DNA from: Felis catus | Taxonomy: Eukaryota | Reading direction: 5' to 3' | NCBI RefSeq assembly: GCF_018350175.1 | Contig: NC_058369.1 | Coordinates: 24,864,001-24,928,000, forward strand | Length of the DNA: 64,000 nucleotides | Program-made: the position numbers and the translations under genes | The notes under the pieces: model-generated | The model's input: only the letters and a program-made list of their open reading frames with translations | Databases searched by the model: none | What the model was told of the DNA's origin: nothing | Shown: positions 39,092 to 51,084 of the stretch, one piece after another | How the letters are laid out: each line of letters begins with the position of its first letter | Position numbering within the stretch: the first letter of the stretch is position 1

Positions 39092-39430
39092 ATTGCCATT
39101 TGCAACTATGTGGATGGAACTGGAGGGTATTATGCTAAGTGAAATTAGTCAGAGAAAGACAAAAATCATATGACTTCACTCATATGAGGACTTTAAGAGA
39201 CAAAACAGATGAACATAAGGAAGGGAAACAAAAATAATATAAAAACAGGGAGGGGGACAAAACAGAAGAGACTCATAAATATGGAGAACAAACTGAGGGT
39301 TACTGGAGGGGTTGTGGGAGGGGGGATGGGCTAAATGGGTAAGGAGCATTAAGGAATCTACTCCTGAAATCATTGTTTCACTATATGCTAATTTGGATGC
39401 AAATTTTAAAAAATAAAAAATTAAATTAAA
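39092..39430 (+). mobile_element. Short 5'-truncated L1 3' end
   Basis: L1 3' UTR plus A-rich tail; TSD aaaagtgagt 39082-39091 / 39431-39440 at a TT/AAAA site. Confidence 0.85.
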
Positions 39431-41279
39431 AAAAGTGAGTTTTAAATAACAATAATGAAAACTATTAGCTCTTACTAATTTCCAAAGTGATTTCACATTC
39501 ACAGTCTCACTTTTTAAAGTGTTCACAGATATGAAAATAGATACACTGAATACAATACCTTCAGGGTGATATTCTTCATACCATTCACAGATGAGTAGCA
39601 CAGGTCATTAATATTTAGGTGTGTTTGTGTGTGAATACATATGTATAAATGGACAAGTTATTTAGAATGCATGTGCAGTTTCCTGAACTAGATGAGCAGT
39701 TCTCAGATACAGAGCACGGTTTCTAATTCCTTGCTATGCGGACCAGGTCAGTTGAAGAAGTGCTTAGTCTGGGGCACCTGGGTGGCTCAGTCGGTTGTGT
39801 CCAACTTCAGCTCAGGTCATGATCTCGCGGTTTGTGTGTGGGTTTGAGCCCCACATTGGGCTCTGTGCTCACAGCTCGGAGCCTGGAGCCTGCTTCAGAT
39901 TCTGTGTTTCCCTCTCTCTCTGCTCCTGCCTCGCTCACCCTCTGTCTCTGAAAAATAAATGCACATTTAAAAAAAAAAAGAAGTGCTTATCTGGGTGGAT
40001 CTACATAGCTGACTGATGTGCCAACCAAGCCTGGTGAAAGGAGCTGGGATACAAGGAACAGTGATTGTTTTGCAGCTTGTTTGTGTAAAGACCCTGTAGG
40101 TGCCGTGAATATAGTCACCTTTTCTCATTATGTGTTCCTATGGGCAAGGTTTTAAATCTTCATGATCTTCACATTTCTTCTGGTGGGTTTGGGCTTGATT
40201 CACCTTCTTCAAATTCCCTTCTGATACCATAATTCTAGCATTCTGTCAACAAACAGAATAGTATGAGTTAAATGAATCAACTACATCAGTGAGAAGGGGG
40301 GGGGTTCAGTGGGGGGTTTTCCACAAGGCCAAGGGGAGCCGGGTAGGGGAAATGGCCCAGGTAGGATTGTGTAACCACATCTCCTCAAAAGTCCTCAGGC
40401 TTTTGAAGAATTAGTAAAAGGTGGACATAGAATGTAAATGCAAAGTCGAACAGCTCGTCCACCAAGACAGTGGATTGCAGTTTCCTGTACCCACTGAGAC
40501 TTTGTGAAAACAACAGTGTTGTAATGACGAGTTTTGCATTCCCAGCTGCTAGAGACGGTGCCAGGAATGGAAATGAAAGCAGCCAGTGGTGGTGACCACA
40601 ACCCAGAAGCTGAAACCACACTCTAATTTTGCACAAAATTGCTAGTTCTGACTCTTCTTTGCTTATGACTTTTCATTTCAACTGCAAGGATTACATTTAG
40701 TTATGTGTAAAATAACATCTTGAGAATAGACCGAAGAAAACCATTTAGCTCCCAGTCATTTGTACTAACCCACAGCATGTCAGTACATTTTCTAACACAC
40801 TGCTAGGGACACACCCTCCAATATCAAAGTCAGTACAATCATGGGAATGAGAAGTGGAGGGAATACCCAAAGAGGCATAGAAGAAGGACAAGGAGGATGA
40901 AAAGGAAGGAGAAAGATGAAGAGAATGAGGAGGAATGAGTTTTTATTTGGGCAAAAAAATTGGACTTACATTCATGTGAATATCTTGACTAATCTTGGAA
41001 TTAACAATATGTCAAAGAAAATGGTGGGAGCTTGTTATAAAGGTGAAACTAAGCACCAGCTCTGTTGGGCCACCTTACTACTGAGAATGGATGACCCATA
41101 GCTTCAAATTGTTTAGCCCTTTCATCTAAAGACTACTTTTTGTAGGAATAAAACTAATCATTTTAATTAAAGAAAAAGTGGCTTGAATTTCCAGTAAGAA
41201 TTTCAAAGTGGAATTTGCCTTCTACTATTTGGCCTCAAGTTTCTCAACGGTCACCTATCCTAGTAATGAGTTTCAACAC

Positions 41280-41706
41280 TTTTTAAAAAATTTTTTTAAA
41301 TCTTCATTTATTTTTGAGACAGAGAGAGACAGAGCATGAACAGGGCAGGGGGGGTGGGGTCAGAGAGAGGGAGACACAGAATCTGAAACAGGCTCCAGGC
41401 TCTGAGCTGTCAGCACACAGCCCGATGCAGTGCTTGAACTCACGGACCGCGAGATCACGACCTGAGCTGAAGTCGGACGCTTAACCGACTGAGCCACCCA
41501 GGCGCCCCAACACTTTTTTTTTAAGTTTATTTATTTATTTTGGAGGTAGGGAGGGGCAGAGAGAGAAGGAGGGAGAGAATCCCAAGCAGGCTCTGAATGG
41601 TCAGTGCAGAGCCCAACGTGGGGCTCCATCCCATGAACCATGAAATCATGACCTGAGCTGAAATAAAGAGCTGATGCTTAACCGACTGAGCCACCCAGGC
41701 GCCCCT
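41280..41706 (-). mobile_element. Two tandem Can-SINEs
   Basis: Elements at ~41285-41508 and ~41520-41705, flanked and separated by aacacttttt repeats. Confidence 0.9.
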
Positions 41707-42009
41707 CAACACTTTTTTTCCTGTAACAATTATGACTTATCCCTTGACTTTACATGCAGTACAGATTGAAGACACAGTTGTTAAACATGAATAAATGAAT
41801 TAAGCGAATGAGGAGGGAATGCTTGAAAAAAACAGATCTTAGAAATAGGACTTCTACAAAAGTTTTGATAGATCAAATCAGAGCATTTATTTTATCCTGC
41901 ACCCTATTTTAAAGTTAGTATTTGGGCAGAACAAGCAAACATTTCAGAAAGAACCTCCCAGGAAGATAGCTGAAATTTGACATTTGTAGGACACACACTA
42001 TACACAGAG

Positions 42010-43871
42010 AGAATGACATTTTAATGTAATTTATTTGAAATGCTTCCAGAGAAGTTTAAGGCCTTTATACAAAAACATTCATCTCATCAAAACATTCACT
42101 TTCTTCCCATAGGCCAGCACTTAACAGACCTCTTGCCTCAACCCACTGGCCAAAGTGGCCGAGGGCTCCTGCAGAGAATGATTCACTCTTTCCCCCATCA
42201 TCAAGCAACAGGTTCTCAGCTTCTGTCTGCTTCTATCTGCAGCAGTTCATTCACTTGCTAAATCAATAACAATTTGAGAACAAAAGCAATTTTAAATAAA
42301 CTTGTAATAGAAAAAAAAATTCACCATGTTTAAAATCTATAAATACAGAAATCTGTTTTACAGGGTATAATTGACCACAATATTTTTTTTCATTTTTGAA
42401 AAATAAGTAATATTACCTTGTTTTTATAATGATACATCTTGTCACACAGCTTCTTTGAATGCACATATTAGATGTACATCATAAAATGACAACACAGCGT
42501 TTACTGCTTTCTGTAAACTCGAAAGACACAGAAGATTAAAAAAACCTTTTTGGCAATAATTTAGAATCATTACTACTAGTGCTGGTGTGGGAATAATTTT
42601 GCACAGGTCATCCTTAATATTTACACTCACAGGGAGCTTTTCTGTGTATTCAGTTAGCTTTTTTTAAGATCTGCAATCTACCCTGCACTGTAAGCCAAAG
42701 CTGGACAAAGAGGTTACTAATTTCGCTAATTGATTCTAATTAATCAGAGTTAATTAAAATTGGCCTTTGGAGAATGTAATTATGGCTCTGATCACAGCAC
42801 AGGGCCAAGGTGGCAAAGTGATGACCCAAAAGCAGAACAGGAAAACCCAAGGCTCTGGCCTTTCTCAGAAGGGCACTAGACCTGGCTTTTCTCTTAATGT
42901 TTCCTGTAAGAGGTCATGATGAAGCACTTCTTCCAAATTCTTCTTCTCATATGTTTCTGTGAACAGAGGCATGGACTCTCCTGCAGTCTCTTGCTCAATG
43001 CTCCAAAATATGAGGAGGGCTTGGCAGATGAAACAAAACGAAGATGGGCCTTCTCATTATTCTGTCAGATATTCCCAAACCTTTCGAGTTCTATTCTGGT
43101 GTTTTAGGCTAGAAATGGCTCTCTACGGCAAGCCAACAACTTTGACAGAGACACACTCCTTCCTCTCGGTGCAACTGCATTTCAGTTCAAGATTCAGAGC
43201 TGACGGCTGCTTTTGTGCCGGTCCTTTTAAGGTCAGACACTATTCCACGTCCTAATAGATTATTGCATCAAATATGCACTGGATGACATTGCAAGGTCCA
43301 CACAGTGCTTCTTGCTTTGCAAAATTAAGGATCCAGGATCCCCAGGGATGTTTTCATGCTTTCTGGTTGGATAACATTGAACCAAGTTCACTGCAAGGAT
43401 TGATCTTTTCCCATTTTCCTTCGAATACCATCATGATACACAAGTGACTTCCTCATGCCCTTTTTGCAAGGCCCTGTATACTCCATGCCTTCAGCTACCA
43501 TGTCAAAGGGCTAGAAAAGCACTATAGAAACATGGAAAGACTCTTTTAAGCAATCTACATGGAACAGTAGTTTAGAGATTCTTTTCTAGTTTTAAAATCC
43601 AGCAGGACAATTGAAAGTAACTTGTTCAAGTACCCCTCCATCTATCCAGACACTTGTGGAATACAATACAGGGTAACGGTTGCCACAGATCCCAGCTTAC
43701 ACAGACAGATTGGCAGTTACAGTACTAAGGACAAAGGTACAGATACAAGAAACTGGGTCAACACGGTCACAAAAATATTAAAAAGTGCTTCTCCAAACCG
43801 TTCCATGTGTGGAATGCAAATACTGTACAGGTAAGACAAAGGGCTACTTCCAGGAAGTACACACGCTTCTG
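42010..43871 (-). other. ARHGEF3: ARHGEF3 3' UTR (~1.86 kb, end approximate)
   Basis: Repeat-free sequence from the stop codon to tandem polyA signals near 42020-42035. Confidence 0.7.
42020..42035 (-). terminator. ARHGEF3: Likely ARHGEF3 polyadenylation signals (AATAAA 42035-42030, ATTAAA 42025-42020)
   Basis: Minus strand reads AATAAAttacATTAAAatgtcattctctctgtgt, followed by TG-rich sequence. Confidence 0.65.
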
Positions 43872-44224
43872 TCAGACGTTGCTTTCAATGTGCCTGCTGT
43901 TCCCACAGGAAGAGTCTGTCTGTTCCATGCGCTCACAGTCTAGGCTGACCTCACTCGTGTCCATACTACAGTCTGACTCACTGTCTGATTGGTCCATCTG
44001 CTCAAGTTTTGTTTCTCCCTGTGGCTCCCTGCTCCCGGTGGTGGGATTGAGGAATGGTCCCTCGGAGTCCAGCACCCCAGCCTGCCCGGCAGCACACAGC
44101 ACTGTTTCTTTGGCTTGACGAATACAGTTGAGCCACTGCTGTTTGTTGAAGGTGTCGTTGGCTTGTAGCGAGTGGGTCTGACTTTGGGATCCGTTTTTGA
44201 AACTCACTCTGAAGAAGTTTTTAA
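43872..44224 (-). CDS. ARHGEF3: ARHGEF3 last coding exon
   Basis: ttctag|TT AAA AAC TTC..., phase matches previous exon; (I)KNFFRVSFKNGSQSQTHSLQANDTFNKQQWLNCIRQAKE...SRHIESNV, stop TGA 43874-43872. Confidence 0.96.
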
Positions 44225-44469
44225 CTAGAAATGAAAAACATGCATAAGAAAGATCAATGGACAGGCAGCTCCCAGGGCAAAGATAACATATATGGTGACA
44301 TTAACCCCCTGAACCAGAGCAGACATCATTAATTGATTACAAAATGTGTCCCACTGGTCCGCGACATGGCTCAGCAATACCCTGCAGCCACCATCAATCA
44401 ACTGGAGTTGACCTGGAGTTGACACCAGTGTAGCTTTCAGTCGCCCTTGAGGCTAGCAAACGGACATCA

Positions 44470-44610
44470 GCTTAAACCTGGATGTGTGTTAAAATCCCCT
44501 GTGAGCTTATTAAAAACATATATGCCGAGACCCTCCCCTTACAGGTTTGGATTCAGTAGGTGTAAGATGAGCCTGGTAATCTGGAATTTCCACAACCACC
44601 CCAAGCTAGA
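44470..44610. mobile_element. MER5-like hAT DNA transposon relic
   Basis: ttaaaatcccctgtgagcttattaaaaca...ggattcagtaggt...aatctggaatttc pattern. Confidence 0.55.
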
Positions 44611-44959
44611 GACTTTTCAAGTTGAAGAAGCTCTTTGTAATATCAAAACATGCCCCAAATCCCCCACATTATAGTACCTGTACATGGAGTACCCAAATGA
44701 TTAAGAAGATATGTAAAGACTTACTATAAATTTCATTTCATTTTAAAATAAAATTACAACTACCTCCATAGGAGCTACGTGCATTTGAAAAATGGTAGTG
44801 CGCAACACGGAAGACATTTTATTTAGCTTAGCTGGCACATAACGGGCCCCGCGTGCCATGGGCAATGCTTGGTTCACAGAAGCGTGTGTGTTCAGTCCCC
44901 TTGCACTATCCCTGTAGCCAACAGTCTGGCAACCACCACTTTAGATAAATTCAGGCTCC

Positions 44960-45900
44960 ACCCTTTGCTCTTGGGCAAGTGCCTTAAGTCCTCTGTGTCT
45001 CAGTGTCCTTATTTGTAAAATGGGAGAAACAAAGAGAACCTACCTTATGAGGTTATCATGAGGCCTAAATGCGATAATACATGTAAGTGCTCATACAACG
45101 CCTGGCACATAGTCAGTATTCAAGGAATAGAAGCTACTACTACATCACCGCCATCACCACTACCACCAGGGTGGGTGGACTGATGAGTAGGTAAGAGGCA
45201 GTACAAATAATTATTTTGAAAATATGATGCCAATGTTAACCCAAAACACTCAAATGTCACTTTCTCAAGGAAGACTTCTCTGATCATTTCCTCTAAAGCA
45301 AACTGGCAACTGTTATCCCTATTTATCCCATGCTGGGGTTTAGTTCTCTGAACAGCACCTGAATATTTATTCATCATTTATCTCCTCTCTTACAATGTAG
45401 GCTCCACAGGGGCAAGGGATTTGACTGTTTAGTTGACCAGTGTGTACCAGTGCCTCGAACGACACATATAAGACACTCAGTAAACACTGCCATCTTAGCT
45501 TCTCTTGGTTAATTTCCTTGTTCATAAAGTCTCAAGTTAGAGAGGTCTATTTGCATAATTACAGATGAATCCTCAACCAGGTGACCATCCTTAAGCCTCT
45601 TTAGGGATGAGCCTGCTGGCTCAACAAGAGCCAGCAGTAAGCAGCTGGTATCTACATAGGGGCTATCTGGTAGTAAGCATGCTTTTATCCAATGGAAGGA
45701 GACAGAGAAGGGGAATTTAAAGAGCCCCTGTTATGTGCAGACAGGTTCACTTGCAGTATCTTCATCCTTATAACAACCTGATAAAGTATGCATACATGCC
45801 CATTTTGCAGATGAGAAACTGAGGCTCACAGAGGTTGCACAAGGTTACACAGTCAGTGAGTGATGAGATAGCATTGGAATGTAGTTTGACTCCAAGGTGA
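44960..45900. mobile_element. MIR and L2 relics in last ARHGEF3 intron (similar relics at ~2250-2430, 4470-4600, 20560-20990, 48520-48760, 56580-56790, 58040-58190, 60700-60810)
   Basis: MIR core motifs (ctcagtgtccttatttgtaaaatggg; cccattttgcagatgagaaactgaggctcacagaggtt) and L2-type ends. Confidence 0.65.
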
Positions 45901-45989
45901 TGGCTCCTCTCTTTCCCCCAGCCATCCACTCCTTCTGAACCGCCACAACCAAACCCATTCAACAGATCAAAACCGACTGCCATCCGTAC

Positions 45990-46176
45990 TTCTCTCATTG
46001 TTGCTAAATGCGCCACGCAGGGAGCCACCCAGCCTCACTTCTCCATCCTGCAGGTCTTCCAGTAGGAGGTCCTTTACAGGGATCGGCTGCCGGTACAACT
46101 GGTAGCAGAGCCGCTCATTATGGGTGACGGCTCGAGTGATCACAAGCACTTCTTGGAACAGGAAAACATGAAGTTT
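45990..46176 (-). CDS. ARHGEF3: ARHGEF3 penultimate exon (PH domain)
   Basis: 187 nt, ctcctag| ... A|gtacgg; KLHVFLFQEVLVITRAVTHNERLCYQLYRQPIPVKDLLLEDLQDGEVRLGGSLRGAFSNNER. Confidence 0.96.
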
Positions 46177-46800
46177 CTAGGAGAAAAGAATCCACAGGAT
46201 TTCTCTAAGCAACGGTCTAGAAATATTAGTGGACTTCTGTGGAGAAGAGGTCCTCAGGTACCAGGTTCACATTGTATTATGAATTTCTAGGCTCAAATCT
46301 ACCTCTAGAACAGAAGCTGGGCAACTTGGAGGTATTCCCAGATGCACCTAGTGTCTTTCACGGGGGAGTGACTCCCTAGGGCCTACAGACATCTGTAACC
46401 AGGAATGCGTGCTTCAGGGACAACATTCACATTGCAGTTCACAACCTGTGCAGACACACACAGCCTCTGGCTTCCATAAGAAAAAAATAAGAAGGGGGAG
46501 TAGAATAAAGGGGGCAATGAAAGAAAAAGAAGTTAGTACCCCCACCCCAGCGTTGGTTTGTAGCACCTAATATAATTCTAAGAGATCATATTGAACAATA
46601 GTCTATAAAGGATGCGCCTGGCATATCAAAGCCTAATATTAATCTTTGCTTCCCAAACCCATAAAAACACTTGTTTCTTAAACCACAGAGCTGAGTATCA
46701 GCTCCATCCAGGCACTCCAACTCAGAACAATGCCCATCCCTGAGGGAACCGGAGCATGCCACCGTAGCCACAGAGAAAGATAATCAAAGCATTGGTCCTT

Positions 46801-46830
46801 CTCGGTTATGTTAATCTCGGTTATGTTAAC
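46801..46830. repeat. 15-bp tandem duplication
   Basis: ctcggttatgttaa[t/c] x2. Confidence 0.9.
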
Positions 46831-47205
46831 CTCAGTTCTCTGAAGAGGTTGTACTTTAAAGGCTGATGACTGATGTGTGTGTTGTGGGCACAAAGAAAAT
46901 CTCAAAAATAAAGGCTTGTCTCCAACCACATCATGAAAGCAGTTTTGCTGGGTGGAGCTGGGGTAAATTGGCTCTATTCCATTCCAAGTGCGAGGCTCAT
47001 CTCACACTTTGGAAATGCTGATGAATTGAAGTGAAAAGATCTACAACTTCGGCAGCTGGGTTCTGGTTTTTCAGTGGAGATATTTGGGAGCACGAACCCA
47101 GGTGGAAACTCACATTAGAATCTTGATTTGGGGCAGGGGAAGCACATTCAGCATTATCAGACAATTTAATATTTGGGAGAAAAGATGCAACCCCCCATGC
47201 CTATG

Positions 47206-47256
<51 letters not shown>

Positions 47257-49244
47257 GCAGAAATTAAAGCTCAACCACATGTTGCCTGGTGGAAATACAA
47301 ATGATAATTTTGTACTGGGTGGGAAGAGATTGAGGAGTGGGATTTTGTTTATCAAAAGGATCAAATGTTCATTTAAACAGAGTAAAACAAAAAATAACCA
47401 AGTTAAGGACTTATTTTTTTTTGAGGGGGGAATGTAGAAAGAATGTTGAGACTTTTCTTTTGGGGATGGGGAGAGAAGGGGTTGTCATTGTAAACATGAT
47501 CAGAGATTTTTACAATGTTTCTACTTCAATCAATCCTTCAGCCAAGGTAGGCAATTTGAACGCAGATTGTCTGGAAAATCTTTGAAAAACATCCCTTATT
47601 TATGAGTGTTCACTGAAAATTCCCCTCCTTAGTCTCAGCTCCTTTTAGTTCTCAAACGATTGAGCTTTTCTCTTGATACAGGACTTAGTTCCTAATGACT
47701 TCCATAATTCTGTTGGGAAAAACAACTAAAACAAACCTCCCACCCCAACTACTATCTTTGTTTTAAAAAATCTATTGCCTGAAATATGAACTAGAGTTCG
47801 TCTTTAATGCCCTAGGCACATCCAACCAGAGAGTCTCAGTCCTTGATTGATGGACAGAAAGAGAATACGCTCTCATCTCAGGAGTGATAAATCTTCCCAA
47901 CTATTTCCCACAGGGCTTTTGACAAAGAATGTTCAAGAAGTCAGAGTATCAGACATTAGAAGTCCACTGGTGCTTTCTGAAAATCAGCAAGAAGCAGAAT
48001 GTAGCTTTCTAGCAATCAGTAACTCTAGTCAAACAGAAACACTTCTTCAAGCAGTGGCCTGTGACCTGTCTTATTACCTCTGTTGCACCAGCAGTTGGAT
48101 GGATCCCTACTAGCTCTGATAATGGGTGCTTATGACATATACTCAGTGATTTCAAATAACATTTCCAAGCCTGCTTACAAATGCTACTCCATACTCCAGG
48201 TCAAAGGTTGTCCTTTGAATCATCAAAGCTTTATTAAGAACTATTCAATCTAGTTTTGGCTTCCCTTCTAAGGGTTGACTAGATACTGAAGATGAAATAC
48301 AACACAAGTGGAGATTCTCTTTCTCAATGGCTTTCTCAACATTGAATTTAAATATATATTATCTATAATAAAATCTACACATTATATATACATTTTTATG
48401 TATAATACATAAAAATTATATACATATTAGCATTAATTTCTATTGCTTATACATAAAAGTAGCCTGATGAGTTAAATGAATTTCGAACTCCCATAAAATT
48501 CAAATCCATTCTTTTTTATACAAACATTCATTCATTCATTCACTCACTCATTCACCTAACATTGCTGAGTGCTTAGTACGTGTCAGGTCCCCATAATTGG
48601 TGGTGGGGATTAACAAGACACAGTCTCCACCCTAAAAGATTATAGCATAATGGAAGATAGTGACAGACAGATGGATAATTACAACCCATGGCAGTTAAGT
48701 GCTCCAGGGAGATCTGTCCAAGTTGCTATGTAGGAGAGGAGGAACAAATTCAATATCTACTCAGGAATAAAAGTCAGGAAATTGGGCAGAGTTAGATATG
48801 CAGCCAATAGAGGGTAGGTTATTGTTTTAAAAAAACAAAAACTGGTCTTAAAATAGCAGTCTGTGGATGGGTACCAATCCATAAAAATGCAAAGAATTTC
48901 TCATAAAGCTAAGAGTTTTAATTTAAGAGCTGTTTTTCTGTTTCCTGCTTTTAACAACCTGTTCAAATCACCCTGGTTTTCTGATATCAAAGTGGGAGGA
49001 GATGTAAACTGTTCTGTATTTGTTGTTGAAGGTCATGATCAAACAAAATACAAAGTTGGCAACCCTATGTTGGTTTCCAAAATTCTTCCTGAAAATGTAC
49101 TGGTTGTGAAATTTTAAAATATGTATATAATCTATACTTTGTGTAATATATATAAATATAAGTTAGAAACACACAACCCATATTATTTATAAATTATATG
49201 TGTAATATAGAAATACATATATACAAGGTATGTAACTATATATA

Positions 49245-49288
<44 letters not shown>

Positions 49289-49450
49289 TATATATATATA
49301 TGGGATCCTGTGATATAAAAAACACTGGAAAGCAATTTTTGTCTGAAGATGCTTGATGGGGAAGGCACAGTAACAGGAGGCTTAGCATCAAATGGCTTAA
49401 GTGTTGGGGGAGGCCCAGGAGGAGACCACTGAAGAAGAGGAGCCACTCAC

Positions 49451-49621
49451 CACGCCTCGGTTGTTCTTCAGTTCTCCATGACAACACAGCACTCTCGAGC
49501 TGTCGATTAGAGAGTCTTTCTGGCCTTCTTCCAAGTAAAGAAGCCGCTCTTTATAATAGCGGCACTCAGATTCCCCGGTCTTGGTGTTGATTTCTGCCAC
49601 GATTCCCTGAATGATGTTTAT
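49451..49621 (-). CDS. ARHGEF3: ARHGEF3 internal exon (DH-PH junction)
   Basis: 171 nt, ccacag| ... GTG|gtgagt; INIIQGIVAEINTKTGESECRYYKERLLYLEEGQKDSLIDSSRVLCCHGELKNNRGV. Confidence 0.96.
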
Positions 49622-50611
49622 CTGTGGAAACAAAGAAGACAGTAGGAGGAAAGTAAGCAAACCATCCACACCAAGAAGTACCAGGGGCTCAGCCTAGAAG
49701 GTCACCAAGATAGATTTGCATCTAATTCTGAGATTCTGTTATCTAACTTGCTGTTTTGGGAAACAGCAAAAATAAATAAATGCTTTTAATATATTGTGCT
49801 ATCCATCTATACATGTACACACAGATACACATATTCACACATATATATTTATATACAGGTACAGATATTTGTTTATAAAACTGATGTTGATGCATACTTC
49901 TATTTGAGAGGAAGAGATATAAAGTACAGTTTTCAATGTGCAGGACTCATAACTACTGAGCTTTATGTTGCACATTTCCTAAAACATGCTTACAATGTTG
50001 AAAACATAGGCATATAAAAACTTCAGCCAAGGAGAAAAAACAAAGCAAATGTAGTAGCCCAAGAAGGGAACATCTTTGGGGATTTGAACTCAGTTTCAAG
50101 GTCTCTCTACAGGTACTCAATCTAACGTACAAACAGTATTTGCAAATTGGGTGTGAAGAAATGGTTTGGATATCTTTTTAGTGATAAACATAAATGATTT
50201 ATAAAAGACAGAGAACTAGAAATAGAAAGAAAAGACACTAGGCATCACGATGGGAACCATTTGTCTATATACATACACTCATACCCATGCCCATAGCACA
50301 TGTAAATAAATTAGGGGTAGAGATTTCAGAGCAATGGTGGATGTACTGTTGTTAATACAGAATGAAACAAAACAAAGCAACAGGAATACAGCACTCATAC
50401 ACAATCAGTGGGCATTTATTTTGATGTGTTGTTGTTCTATCACATGAATATGTCTAAAAGTTAGAAAATGCTAAAAACCAAAGGAACAAAAAATTAGTTG
50501 AGTAAAAACTCAATGACACCAATCAAAGGCAAAATGATGACTTCCTCAGCAGGGTCCTCTGTCCTCTAATAGTGAAAAGACCAACAGTCCCATATTTCTC
50601 ATGGTAGTATT

Positions 50612-50994
50612 TTTAAAAAGTTTTTATTTAAATTCCAATGAGTTAAGATATTGTGTAATATTAGCTTCAAGTGTACAATGTAGTGTGATTCAACACTTAC
50701 ATACCACACTTGGTGGTCATCCCAAGTGCCCTCCTTAATCCCCATCACCTATTCAACCTATCCCCCACTCACCTCTCCTGTTTGTTCCCTATAGTTAAGA
50801 GTCTGTTTCTTCATTTGCACCTTTCTCTCTCTTTCCCCTTGCTGGTTTGTTTGGTTTCTTAGATTCTACATATGAGAAAATCACATGATATTTGTCTTTC
50901 TCAGACTTATTTCCCTTAGCATTATATCCTCTAGCTCCATCCAGGTCATTGCAAATGGCAAGATTTCATTCTTTTTTTGTGGCTGAGTAACAAT

Positions 50995-51084
<90 letters not shown>

